Shown here: piece by piece, positions 46,801 through 58,832 of the stretch
Layout of the letters: every line of letters begins with the position of its first letter
Position numbering within the stretch: position 1 is the stretch's first letter
Assembly (NCBI GenBank): GCA_905178155.1
Contig: CAJINV010000006.1
Location: 4,113,709-4,177,708, forward strand
Reading direction: 5' to 3'
Length of the DNA: 64,000 nucleotides
Origin: Amoebophrya sp. A120
Lineage: Eukaryota > Protista > Dinoflagellata
Notes under the pieces: generated by a model
What the model saw: the letters and a program-made list of their open reading frames with translations, nothing else
Told to the model about the DNA's origin: nothing
Databases searched by the model: none
Made by a program: the position numbers and the translations under genes

Positions 46801-49800
46801 CCGGAGACGAACAGGCTCCGTCGTAAATGCCTGGCCTTTGTACCATGCTAGCAATCACGCTCGCCGGGTCTGATCGCTCTACAGACTCACTCAGGGCCGA
46901 GGACCGGAAAGCAGCAGGCCCCTGCGTGGGGGCTTTCTGCCTTCTTATCTGTCTCGCCAGGCGCCGCCCCGCGATGAACTGCAGACCGAGTGCCGGAGAC
47001 CAACAGCCCGCGCGCATTTGTGTGAGCTTTCTGCCCTCTTTCTTATCTCGCCAGCTGCTGCCCCGCGATGGACTGAGGGGGGGCCGTGGACCAATTGGCC
47101 CCCTTTTTTTTGTGTGGGGGCTTTCTACCTTCTTTCCCCGTCGGATCTTGCCCGGTGATGGACCGAGGGCCGGAGACCAACAAACTCCCTTTGATGTGTG
47201 TTGGCCTTCTACCTTCTTGCCTCGCCATCTATTGCCTTGCGATGGACTGGGGACCGAGGACCGGAGACCAGCCGGCCCCCTGTGATGTGTGTGGGTTTTC
47301 TGCCTTCTTATCTCGCCAACTACTACCCTGCGAAGGACTGAGGACCGAGGACCGGAGACCAACGAACTCCCTCTGATGTGTGTGGGCTTTCTCCCTTCTT
47401 CTCTCGTCGTCTTTCTATTGCCTTGGGATGGACTGAGGCCCGAGGACCGGAGACCAACAAGCCCCTTCCTATGTGTGAGCTTTCTCCCTTCTTCTCTCGC
47501 TGTCTTCTATTACATCGGGATGGACTGAGGACCGAGGACCGGAGACCAACAAACCCCCTTTCTTGATGTGTGTGCGCTTTCTTCTTTCTTCTCTCGTTGT
47601 CTTCTATTACCTTGGGAGGGACTGATGACCGAGGACCGGAGACCAACAAACCCCCACTGATGTGTGTGAGCTTTCCCCCTTCTTCTGTTGCCTTGGGATG
47701 GACTGAGGACCGAGGACCGGAGACCAACAAACCCCCCTTGATCGATGTGTGTGGGCTTTCTCCCTTCTTCTCTCGTTGTCTTCTATTGCCTTGGGATGGA
47801 CTGAGGACGGAGGACCGGAGACCAACAGACCCCCTCTGATGTGTGTGAGGTGTCTCCTTTTGTGGAAGTTGAGTAGTTGAGTGGTGTCTGTTGTTGCTGC
47901 AGTTCTTGCTCAAGTAGAGAAAAAACACAAATCACGATGGTGCTGCACCTATTCCGTACCATGCCGAGTTCTTGTTCTTTCCCCTGCTGGTTCACACTTT
48001 GGAATTTGTTTTGATGTCATTCCCAAAAGCAAATTTGATGTAAGTATTAATGCGGTGTCAGTAGGTCGTGCAATGAGTACAACGAGTACGATACTTTTGC
48101 TTTTCTTCTTTTGCTTTTCTTTTCTGTATCTTCTTTTTCTTCTAGAAGACGCAGCTTCTAGAAGAAGCTGCTTCTTCTCCCTAGAAGAAGTCACAGTCAC
48201 CTCGCTTGGACACGCGGATCGAACTGTCAAGCGCAAGGCACCAAAGTTCGCAAGTACAGCCGAACTGGCACGGCAGCCTTATTTCTGGCCCCCCCAAAGT
48301 GTTGCGTGCCTATCACAGGAATCCTGTGATGGGCACACAATGTCAGAAAACCAGAAACAAAATCGCTACGCCGGTTCGGCTAAACTTGCGAACCGCCGCG
48401 CTCTGCGCGTGAAAGTTTGGGCCGCGACTCCAAGTGAGGCAATTGGAGGCACAACACACAAATCCAAGGAGCGCATTGCTGTAAGTCTACAGCGTAAGAT
48501 TATGCTGCGCAGTTCCTCTGACCTGCTAACTCGTGGATGTGCGCTCACATGTGAGGAGTTCTCGGACGTGAGCTCGCATCTGAGGAGTTCTCGGATTTGA
48601 GTTCGATAGCAACAAATTTTAGGAGCACACTTCTGCAGGCCAGAGCACGAGAGTGCTATCCGAGTTTGTATTCTGACCTTGAAACACAGAAAAACCCGCA
48701 CAAGATCATCTTAGGCGGGGGCTTTGCAGAACTATGATCCCAGGTCTCGATGCGGCGAAAATCCTAGGGGCGCACTTCTTTATCTCCCCGACGTCGGATG
48801 ATTTTGCGCGAGGTCTTCAGACCTGTCGCGGCCAGAGCACAAATCCGACGTGGGGGCCTTGCCGAAATGTGCTTCCAGGATTTCCAGCAAACCTTGGAAA
48901 CGCATTTCCGAAAGGCCAGAGCGTGGCAGCTGCTGGGCGACCCCTTATATTGAAGGCGCGTTGCTTTCGGGGACCTGGCGCTGAACACGAATTGCTTACA
49001 ATATACTAGCACAGCAAACAAAATACTTTCTATGCCAAGGCATTGCAAGGAATTCGTTTCCAATAGCAGGGCACTTCGAAGCAACTCGCTTTCAACGAGC
49101 AGGAGGGCAAGGCCCACTCCTGGCAGCCCGGCAGGACAAGCGCGGCAGCCCCGCCGAAGACGGCTGCCCATTCTCCCCCAAGCTCGCGCGCTGGCTGCTT
49201 CCCAGCCACAGTCTTCATGGCCTTCGGCCATTCCAAGCGACTGCGAGAGTGTGCAAGCTAAACCCCCCTCGCGGTTTGTTTCCATTTTTTTCAAACCTAG
49301 GCTTTCGGGAACAAGGGTAGGAACTAATTTCTGTAAGCCTTAAAGCAGGTCGTGCAATGAGTACAACGAGTACGATACTTTTGCAGTGCATACAGTTTTC
49401 ACAAACGCGATCATGTGCTTCACGTAATCGGTCAAGGCCCGCGTCTATCAAATGCCAATATCGTCGATCTGGGTCATCTGGACAAAAGCACACGGGTTCG
49501 GTTGTCAGTGTCATGCTGAGCATTGCATGACAGGCACAGGGTTCGGCTGTCATGCTGAGCATTGCATGACAGAGCGATCATGCTGTGTAGTACCCGGCAT
49601 TACCGCATGACAAATCTTCTCTCGCTCTTGTTGCGAGTTGTTCCAGTTCTCCTAGTATCCTAGTCAGCATGACAAACTCTCTTGTTCCGGCACTAAAGAA
49701 ATAAAAATCATCTTCACTCCGATGTATTTTCATGCATCACAGATACAGATCTTGTTGTCCTTTTCTCTTTCGATCTTTGTTCAGATCTTCTCGCAGTACA

Positions 49801-51552
49801 AAAAATCCAGACCCAGGTCGATAATATTTACTTGCACTTGATAGCATCCATTTCTTGTCGGGGTCGTGGCCGTTCTTAAAAATTTTCAAGGCGTGCATCT
49901 CCATCTGGTCTTGAAAAGTGCCGATGAAAGTCATCGGCGTGTCCGGCGCCATTCCCGGGAACATGGCGATTGGGAAAATCGAATTCAAAAAGTCAAAAAT
50001 CTCCGGCGGAATCCTGTCAGGGTGAATGTTGAAAATTTCCATACTATGTACTCACATGCAAATAAACCCACACGTCGTTGACAACCATCTTCTGAAATAG
50101 GCCTACGCCTAGCGCAACTACATGACAAAAGAATCTTCAAATACTCGTCCTCTCCCTGCTCCCCCTTTTTTCTCAATTCGTCTAACTTCGGGTTGGCCAG
50201 CTCCTGGATGGGTTATCATCTGCAAACACGCTCTCCGGGTCGTGTGGAACTTGTAATGCTTCTTTGACACGATATCGCGACTTTAGCTGGTTCTTTGTGA
50301 AAAAAGAATTGCTCATGTGGAAAAATTGCACCCAACTACACATATCTCCTAAAAGAACTTGTCATGCTTCCCTGCCAACTGTAGTAAACTGCTCAATACA
50401 AGTATCCGCGAACCAGCAACACAAGTTTCATCCAGGCCTCCCAGCTGACGTGTTTTTTTGTGATGCATATGGGCTTTATCAGTCCCATGATTTTGTCCGC
50501 CGACGGCTTCGGCCCCGCCTATCAAAAGGAAAAATCTTCCCTCCCCAAATCAAAACGATGTTTCTGATGCTGGACTTCCATACGCAAATCAGGTTTGTCT
50601 TACTGGAGAGGACTGCAGACCCATACCGAGCCTGAGAACAGGGGCTTTGGCTTAGGCGCTTAGCATCTAAAGCGTCTGCGCTGTAGGCCGAACAGCATGA
50701 CAAACCGCTTGCACAATGCGGCGGAGGTTGTGGAGTTGCCTTGTCGCAAGACAGACGCGATCTGTGGTCACAAATCAGCAACACAAATTTCCGAAAACGT
50801 GCCTTGCCAATATGGGGAGGGAGGATTTTTCCTCGCGATACCGCCGGGCCAATCTTCAAAACTATCTGCCCCGTAATCTGCATGGCGGAGAAGAAGAGCG
50901 CTATCCAGAGGAAAAACGTCCCCACACCAGAGTCAACATGGGGATTTCGCAACACAAATCCAGAAGTTTTGGGAGTCACGCGTGACAAGTTGCAATCCGT
51001 GGTGTAGAGCAGGTTTATGTTAGCAAGGATAGTCGCATTACAGATCCCCCTGCTTATGCCGTTCACAGCATTACAAATTCCAAAACACGAAGCAAAACGG
51101 CTCTCATGGGGATGCGCATTACAGTTTTCCTCGTACTTGCAAAACTGCATGACAACTATGGGGTAGGGAAGGTTTTACATAGGATAAGCTTGCACGCTTC
51201 CTCCACCGCGCCGGATTTCGGGGACACGTCCTTCTATCGCACGAAAACAAAACTGCTTCACTCTACTACACTTGTGATGCAAAAGATGCAACAGAGAAAT
51301 TTTCTGTGTTGCTACTTACACATGATGCATCAAGACAATGGATTTATTTTTTTAGCCGTGTTTTTATTTCTTAGGCAGAACGCATGGGAAATTTTCTGTG
51401 TCATGCTGAGCAATCTTGTGGCGTTGACGTAAAACTAGGAAAAATATTACACTCGTATACAGTGAAACACTTTTTTCCTTCGATACCTTCGCTGCTTCCA
51501 GCACCGGGTGCTGGAACTCCGTTATTAAGTGATCCCAGTCGGCTTTTGACAT
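40863..51552 (-). CDS. CAP: Cyclase-associated protein, N-terminal helical domain plus Pro/Ala linker (same gene as 36698-39847 or an adjacent gene)
   Basis: MSKADWDHLITEF...PKPSADKIMGLIKPIQELANPKLDELRKK...DPDKKWMRALTDYVKHMIAFVKT(N/D)LGMGIKWN resembles N-CAP. Needs six introner excisions and one GT-AG intron (50044-50144). The 3' limit is uncertain. Confidence 0.7.
41757..43094. mobile_element. Nested 1.34-kb non-autonomous TIR element
   Basis: TIR TCAGGCAGACAGSCCCGGGCG (20/21); 6-bp TSD AAGGAG; interrupts one subterminal unit; CTAATT/AATTAG-rich interior. Confidence 0.88.
46690..47850. repeat. Subterminal tandem array (about 90-bp units) of the 6.6-kb element
   Basis: About 11 copies of GAGGACCGAGGACCGGAGACCAAC, the inverse of the copies at 41490-41700 and 43105. 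Confidence 0.9.
48101..49346 (-). mobile_element. 1.25-kb insert with an A-rich tail, possibly a decayed non-LTR retroelement 3' end
   Basis: Flanked by a perfect 38-bp duplication (48063-48100, 49347-49384); A-rich tract at the minus-strand 3' end; no clear RT motif. Confidence 0.5.
49446..49843. mobile_element. TIR introner, family G (diverged)
   Basis: TSD GCGTC/GCATC; excision restores KKWMRALTDY. Confidence 0.82.
50214..50469. mobile_element. TIR introner, family M (diverged)
   Basis: TATC..AAACACG / CGTGTTT..CATA; TSD TGGGT/TGGGC; excision restores LIKPIQEL. Confidence 0.78.
50520..50840. mobile_element. TIR introner, family B
   Basis: TSD CCGCC; excision in frame. Confidence 0.92.
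50902..51186. mobile_element. TIR introner, family C
   Basis: TSD AGCGC/AGCTT; excision in frame. Confidence 0.85.
51235..51485. mobile_element. TIR introner, family D-like
   Basis: TSD CCTTC; excision in frame. Confidence 0.82.
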
Positions 51553-52503
51553 TTTTGTCTTTTGAATTTGAAATGAAATCTATTCCGTGAAATACAAGTG
51601 TCAAGTCGTAATTGAAAAAGAAAAATTATGTCAGTGAAATCATGATGGGGGTGCGTGGAAATAAAACTATAAAGTTTTTCCTGCTTCAAGAAGATTTTTA
51701 CGCGATTAGAATCAGAAATCAGAGCTCACACAACGCAATGCAGCCTATGCGGGATAGAGATTCGTCCTTCGGGAAAATTTTTTTCATATCTTCGTCACAA
51801 ACCGATGCAAAAAGCTGCGCAGGAGCTTCTCCCTATTGTGCTGGAGAGCTACTATCCAAAACCGAACCAAAACTTTTGCTCGGAACATACAACAACAGCG
51901 GCAGACCGAAGCTGATGTGTCAACACGACCGAAACCTTTTTTTTTTGATCGTGCGACCGACAAAGCCTACAGCACTTCACGTTCATTTTCTTACGGTGAA
52001 GACCTTACAAAAGACACCGAGTTCTGTTGTTACTGTTCTCCTCCACGATAATAACGATACACGAGGACTTCTTCTGCCACCACACAAACCGACGGTTGTA
52101 AGCGTAGCGATGTTGACTTCAGCAAGAAGAAACAAAGCGGACCGAGTCTGGAAGAAGCACGAGGAAATGATCTAGAAGTACCTAGCAGCACCAGAAGGAA
52201 CATACTACACACTGATGTGCTCCTGTAATCGTCGATACTGCCACACCAGAGCGTCTCCAGCGTTGCAAAATATCAATCGTGAAAAGGCCTCATCTCCTAC
52301 TCATCCTGATCTTCATCTGCGCATGGTGGGGTAAAATGGAAGTAGTTCTCTTTATATTTCAATAACATCTTCACTAAAACTACTGCATCAGTCGGTTGTG
52401 TCGTGGTCCTTTATAGTTTTGTGAAGATTTTTTGCATCTGTAAAAGTCTGTCCTGCTTTTTTCCAAAAGTAGCAGACAGAGTAGACATCTTCTTTCATGT
52501 CTG

Positions 52504-55500
52504 TCATTCTGGCTTCAGCGCTACTAAATGGTGCATCAATCGCTCGTTTTTCGCTAACTCCTGCCCGGACAGCCCCAGCAGCTCGTAGCAGTGGCGGACA
52601 AAGAAAACCAGGCGGATCCATTTTTTCGTGGCCTTTTTACGCAGTAGTTGTCTTCGCATTTTTTCCACTTCAACCTCAACGTCCGCGTGATTCTGATTCC
52701 CAACTATACCCTGCTCCCCGTCAAATTTTGTCTCGCCGGTCGCTCCTTCGTAGAAGAGCTCTTTCCCGGGGATCGCCAATACAAAAGGTTCCAGCACGTG
52801 TTGCAGTAACTTTTGGGCCTGAAGACCAATGAAGACCTGGTCGTGCTGCATATGATCCTTTTCTGATAGAAGTGCGGCAGAAGAAGTATCGACACTGTGC
52901 TTCTTGTTCGCTATATTTAACATTTCACGCTTGACTACTTCCTGCTCCGGTGACTGGAAATCAACAGTAGTCATGCTCTTTTCAACATTTTGACTCTCCC
53001 CCTCCACCTGCTTGTGCTTCTCCCCCTCAATACAATTTTTTCCAGCAGCATCTTGTTCGGGTGGAGAAGTAGACCCTCGCTTCAGTTTCTTCACCATGTT
53101 AGTTTTATTTCCCTTCCCCGGCGTCGTCTGCAACATCTCCATCACTTTCTCCGCATCTTCTTTTTCAGGAGCACCCTCTGGATGAAGATTTTGATGACCG
53201 TCGTGTTCCTGCTGTTCCCGCATCCCCGCCGGCGTTTCAATGTACCGCAACGGGTAATGTGAGGTCGGGAGTAAGGCGGAGGAGGACCCGCGATGTTGCT
53301 GACCTTGTTGACTGCTACAACTCGCAGCAGCAGTAGTGGTCCCAGCTGCATTGTCTTCCTTGTCGGCCACAAACGGGTTTCTTTTTCCTGGATGCTGGTC
53401 CGTTGATGTCCCAGCAGAAGGAAAAGAAGCACTCCCCCCGGAAGTCGTGATGTTCACCTTTTTCCTGTTCTTTCTGCAAGACTTTTTTGACACCAGAGCC
53501 GCTCGTCGTGTGCTGCTTGTTCCCGCCCCAATTTTATTCCTGATCAACATTTTTCTTTTCCTGATCCGTGTTTTCATCTTCCCGCCAGGCAGAAGGTGCA
53601 ACATGGAAAGACTCGTCTTCAACCGCTCGCTCAGAAACTTCGAAGTTACTTCGGGGTGGAAGAGAAGCGTCTCCGCAATGATGGGATGAAAAAAGTGAGT
53701 TCTTGGCGAGTTAAGGTTCGTTCCGTTGTTCTTACGATTGGAATCGTTCTTCGTTGTCGTGGTAACCAGATCGAGAAGAAACTGTAATGCTGGGTTCTTG
53801 TAGTCCTTTGTTGATGTTGTGCCACTACTTCCTTGACGCTGTTCATCTGCTTCGCAGTTTTCTGACTCCACCAACATGTGTACATCCTCGTCTGCAATTT
53901 TGTCGCCGCGATTTTTATCCCCAATTATACGTGGTTCTTCCTCCCCCCCATCGGATGATGTTGATTCCGATGAATCGTCGGAGGTGTAGTTGTCCTCCAA
54001 ATTGTCCTGATTTATTTGATCTCCACCCTCACTGCAAACGAGACTCATCACGAACCGGAAAAACAGCCCCGGGTCCGTGATCTTGCGCATCAGGATTTGC
54101 ACCAGTAAGGTCTTCCACTTCGGCGTGCTCGCTTCTCCTCCTTCTTGTGGCCCCGCTCTTCTCCTTGAGAGCAGCAAATTCGTGAACTTTTCGATCACTT
54201 TTTCTTTGGAAAACAAGCTTATTTCGTCCTGGGAAGTAGATGATACTGGTTCTGGCACTTGCCCCGGTCCGGCAGAGGTTTTCCTCGTCAATATACTGCT
54301 GTTGTTCCTGTTCCCACCGCAATCGAAGTTTTCCAGAAGCGCAACGGCAAGTTCTTGCAAATGGGCTGCGTCCATCGTCCCGCCCTCCGCCAGGTTCAGA
54401 AAGGGACTGACAGGTTGAAGATGTTCTTGCACTTTCATTCCGTTTGATGCTCGTCCCGCATGACAACTCGAGATGATCGCAGCCGAGCCGAAGAAGAAAA
54501 GTAACAGCTGCTTCTGCACATTGATATCAAACGCGTTTGAAGTTGTTGTAGAGAGAAACCGGAACAGGGTGAAAATCTGCTCGATCAGCAATTGGTTTTC
54601 AGCACTCCTTCGTAGTTCTTGCATCGTCGTCGTCGTCCCAGAGATGATGTTGATGTTGGCTCCTGCTGCATCGGGTCGCTGTTGTACCAACATCTTGTCG
54701 CTAGTAGTAGTGCTCAACAAGAACTCTGCATGTCGGCCTCCAGCGTGGTCCTGTCTGAGGAAAAACAGCATTTTCGCCCACAGCGACAGCCAGGTTTTCA
54801 CCTCCGCAGCAGCTTGTGCTTGTCGTGCAGCTGCGTGCGAATTTGGCTTGTAATTTTCTCGCGCAATATCAATATGTTGACCAAGGTCGGAAATAGTATT
54901 CACCGCATCCTGGTCAACAACATCGTGGTCTTCATCTTCCGAGCTTTTTCCGGACCGCTGCACTTGTTGATCAGGTACGACCAGAAGTTTATCACGAGAA
55001 AAAAGTGTTACAGTTACACATTTGTTGGAGTTTCTGCATCACAAATTTTCTCTGTGTGGCACAGAAAACTTGTAATGCGGAGATCATAATGGAAAACAGG
55101 AAGGAAACGCGACTCCCAAGCATTTCCTGCATGAGAAAGGTTGTCTGTGTTGCCGGTCTTGCATAGACTATGTGTGTAACTGTAACACTTTTTTCTAGCG
55201 ATAAAGTTTCTTCCGCAAGTAGTACAGGCTCTGGGAAGTGGTCGTCGCGTGCTGGTCCGCACTACTTTTAGTACTATCCGTCGCATGTAGAAGTTCAACA
55301 TCCTTGTTCATCATCGTCCCACGACCACCCAGCAGAAACACCGGCACGCACTTCCGGAGCCGCAGAGGGATAGCGTCCGCCGACTTCAGCTGCAGTTGCT
55401 CTTCGCTGGACAACGTCATCAACTTGGAGAGACAGAGGACGTCGAGCTCGAGAGGTGGAGGAAGCATCTTCGACGAGGAGGAACCAACCCCTTCTACAGG

Positions 55501-58500
55501 AGCGGTGAGGACACCAAGACCTTCTACGTCGCCACTCCCGACGCCATTCAGGAGAGGGAGGATTTCGTGCAAAAAGTAGTCCAGCTTTTTCTCGTAACTG
55601 TCAACGACGGTCTGCACCGCGGCATGATTATTCATCCGAGAAAGATGTTGACCTTGCGTCCCGTTAGAAGTACCAAATGTTGACAAAGACGTCGTTGTAC
55701 AACTTCCAAGCATCTTCATTTTCCAAAAGCCGCCTCCACAGAGCGTTTTTTGGACGAAGTGAAGGAGAAAGGCGACAACTTTCTTCTCCATGGTACTAGA
55801 ATAATTCGCTTGCTTCATCTGCATCATCCCGGGCCGCAGGTGGTCCCGTTTAAAAATGTTGGTCCGCCGGAGCTGCAAGAACAATTTGGCAATTTTTAAA
55901 TTCACCGCGGGAAGCAGCGCGGAGGTCGCGTGCGCCAGCGCGCCCTGGCCTCCGCGGCCGAAACCCGCGCTGCCAAACTCGCTCGCGGTGAGGGGAAACT
56001 CGTCGTAAATGTGTTTCAGCTGGGGTAGAACAACCTCTTGAATGAGTTGCAGCTCGTGGTTGACGTCGTTGTTCGAAGTAGAATTATTGCCGCAGAAATC
56101 TTCTTCCATACGACCATCGTCCACATTGTTCCCTTGATCATAATGTCCAGATCCACCACCACCACCACCACCTCTCAGCATCACCTCCAACAAAGACACG
56201 CAGTACAACCGCCGTTCCAGGTGGCTTGTGATGGTGGCGATATCGACGGTGTTCATCGCTGTATTCCCGGTCGAAGCTGTAGCTGATGTGTTGTTTTTGC
56301 ACACCTTCGACAACCGCCAAACTCGGATGATGTTCTCCACGCGCTCACGGACCTGCTGCTGCTGAAAAGAAGTAGATGTTCTTCTTGAACTACAGGTGGT
56401 TCTGGTGGCAGCCCCGGCTGCAGCTCCGCCGCCGTGCGTTTGATGTTTGGCTGACGCATGGGAATGATTCGCCGCGATTTTCACCATCATTTTCTTCTTC
56501 GCTGGGTCATCTACTACAACTTTGGGCAACACAGAAGGAGCTCCTCCTGCAGGAGAACCTGTGGACACCAACATCATTTCCGCGAGCGACAGTGCCTGCT
56601 GTTGTGAAGTGGATGTGTAGTCCACCACAACTTCTGCGGTCGTCCGTCCACATCCTGCTGCTCGTTCGTCCAGAAGTTGTTCTATTTTTGCCTCATACTT
56701 CCGGGGTCCTCCTCGTCGACCACCTCGTCCGCTACTTCCGTGCATCAGTAAATACCACAGATTTTCCAGCGCCAGACCGGACCGAACCATCCCCGGATCG
56801 AGGTTGGTGTTCGCGTTCGTGCTAGTTTGGGCGGAGAGAAAATTGGAATGCAACAGCTCGACAAGCAACTCGTGAAAGGTGAGAGTGCTGGCCGCGTTCA
56901 TCTTATTTGCTGGGGAAAAGTTCTTTTCCTTGCAGCCCTCTTCCTCTCCGTGCATGTTGATCATTCCGGAAAAATAAGAACTTGTTCCAAAGCCACCAGC
57001 ACCGGTAGTTGCACCACTCGCGGACGATTTCGAGAAGAAGAACTCGTGCCCAGCGTCGTTTTCACCTCCAGTTCGGTCCAACAGTTTTCCGCCGTTGTTC
57101 TCTACAAGAACTACACCTCCTTGTTTCATCGGCATCAAGAAGAACGTCGCAAAGAGCTTCACCAAGTACAACCCCGTCAGCTTGACGGACGAATCGACGT
57201 GCGACAGCGCCTATGCGTTGCAAAAGGAGCATCGTATTTATGCTCGTACTAAAAATCTTCGCATTTATGCATTACAAATTTTTTTGTCATAGTTAAATCC
57301 ACATTACAAATTTCATTTCTCATGCTGGGGAAATTTGTGATGCGATCTTTCATAGTACTAGTATCGGATTAATATACAACTTTTGCAGTGCATAACGCCG
57401 ATTTCAACTGGACCCGGAGCAAGGGGAAGTACGGAGTGAGCGCATCGAAGGGACCACGAGAGCTGCTGCTGCAGTTCACCGGGCTACTAGAGGTTGATGA
57501 CGATGTTAACCCACGTCCCGACTGCACGACCGCCAAAACCGCTTCCAAGTATTTCAAGACTTCCTTCCGATATCCTGTGTAAAAACGTCCCCGCGCCAGA
57601 GTTAGGATGGAGATTTTGCAACACAAGCCTAGGAGTTTTGTGAGTCACGCATGACAAATTGCACTCAGCAGTGTGGCGCAGGTTAGCAAGTGCAGCCGCG
57701 TCACAGATTCATCTGCTCATCCTGTTCACTGCATCACAAATTCCAAAACACGTCGGGAAATGGGAATGGCTCTCATGGGGATGCGCATTGCAAGTCTTCC
57801 TGTCTTTGCAAATCTGCATTACAACTCTGGTGTCGGGACGTTTTTACAAAGGATATCCGAACCGCGAGACTCAGGTCCGTGACAAGGCGAAGAATTTTGA
57901 TGGACAGGAGAACATTCATCTGCGAAATGACATATTGCCGTGCGGCCAACGCCAAGTTGATGTCCCCTGTTGTACAGTATGGATTGCAAAAATGTCTGGG
58001 TCTGGAAGATTCTGAGACTTGTCATGCACATTTTGCATGGGCCATGATGTCTGTATGTAATGCATGCAGTAACATCACAGACTTGTCGAGGGCTTCGCGA
58101 TGCCTATTCCGCATCACAAATGCCCTCTCCGCGTAGCCAAAATTGCATTCCCTTTGCTGGTCATGCAATACAGATATTTTCGGAATCCAAATGCAGCATC
58201 ACAAGTTCGGATTCTTCCAGACATCCAGGGACATTTGCATTTGATATACTACTTCTAGAAGCTCCGCCGCGGTCGTTCAACATCCTGTGGTCCCCTGGGA
58301 TAGTACTATCACGACCTTGTTGTAGTTGCAGCTGCTGCTGCTGCACGAGGTGGATCTGTTTCAGCAATTGCTGCACGAATTGCCGCAGTTGCGCCACCGC
58401 GGTCTCCCGCAATTTCGCGTTTGTGTGGGTCAAATTCTGGAAAAATTCCTGCTCAATGTTCACACGGAGCAGGTTCGGGTCGAAAAAGTTCTTGTGGGGC

Positions 58501-58832
58501 TGCGGGTCGTTGTTTTTACCATTTTGTTCAAGAAAATGTTGGGTGCTGGAGGATTTTTTGTTACGACCAGTAGAACTATTATTCATTGGTGTTCGTCCTC
58601 CACCACCGCCGCTAAACAGCTGCCGGCTTGCCTCGTGATCTTTCTGCAACCCCGCCTGGGTCGGCATCTGTATCTTTTTCGCGCGGAAATCCGTCCGCGT
58701 CGCGTTAGTCGCATGTTTTTTCGCTTTGCCCACCTTCTGCTTCACCTTCTTGAAATCCGCAGGGGCGTCGCGTTTCTGGCCCGGCAGGTTTTTCTTCCCG
58801 CCGGCCTTTTTCGCCGGTTTTTTGATGCCCAT
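52504..58832 (-). CDS. IPI1: Pre-rRNA processing protein IPI1/TEX10 (Rix1 complex) with long low-complexity extension
   Basis: N-terminal DFKKVKQKVGKAKKHATNATRTDFRAKKIQMPTQ. Four introner excisions join LVTDLSLAVRKEVL and YFPLLRVQLKSALSHVDSSVKL to ORFs 55195-57171 and 52504-54963. Confidence 0.88.
54990..55203. mobile_element. TIR introner, family D
   Basis: AAAAAAGTGTTACAGTTACACA TIR; TSD AAGTT; excision in frame. Confidence 0.93.
57212..57394. mobile_element. TIR introner, family E
   Basis: TSD GCGCC/ACGCC; excision in frame. Confidence 0.87.
57571..57855. mobile_element. TIR introner, family C
   Basis: TSD TCCGA; excision in frame. Confidence 0.92.
57978..58246. mobile_element. TIR introner, family A
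   Basis: TSD TACAG/TACTA; excision in frame. Confidence 0.88.

Larger units (their letters stand above)
41334..47965. mobile_element. 6.6-kb non-autonomous TIR DNA transposon, Merlin/IS1595-like termini
   Basis: Perfect 23-bp TIR GGCATGGTACGGAATAGGTGCAG; 8-bp TSD GAGTTCTT; inverted subterminal arrays of about 90-bp units (GGTCTCCGGTCCTCGGTCCTCA); no transposase motif seen. Confidence 0.88.
41221..49392. mobile_element. Family E introner expanded to 8.2 kb by nested insertions
   Basis: Degenerate left end TATGGATTGATAAAAGC..ATATCGTAC; right end GTACGATACTTTTGCAGTGCATA; TSD TGGTT/CAGTT; excision gives in-frame FVKT-x-LGMGIKWN. About 250 bp remains without the cargo. Confidence 0.75.
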
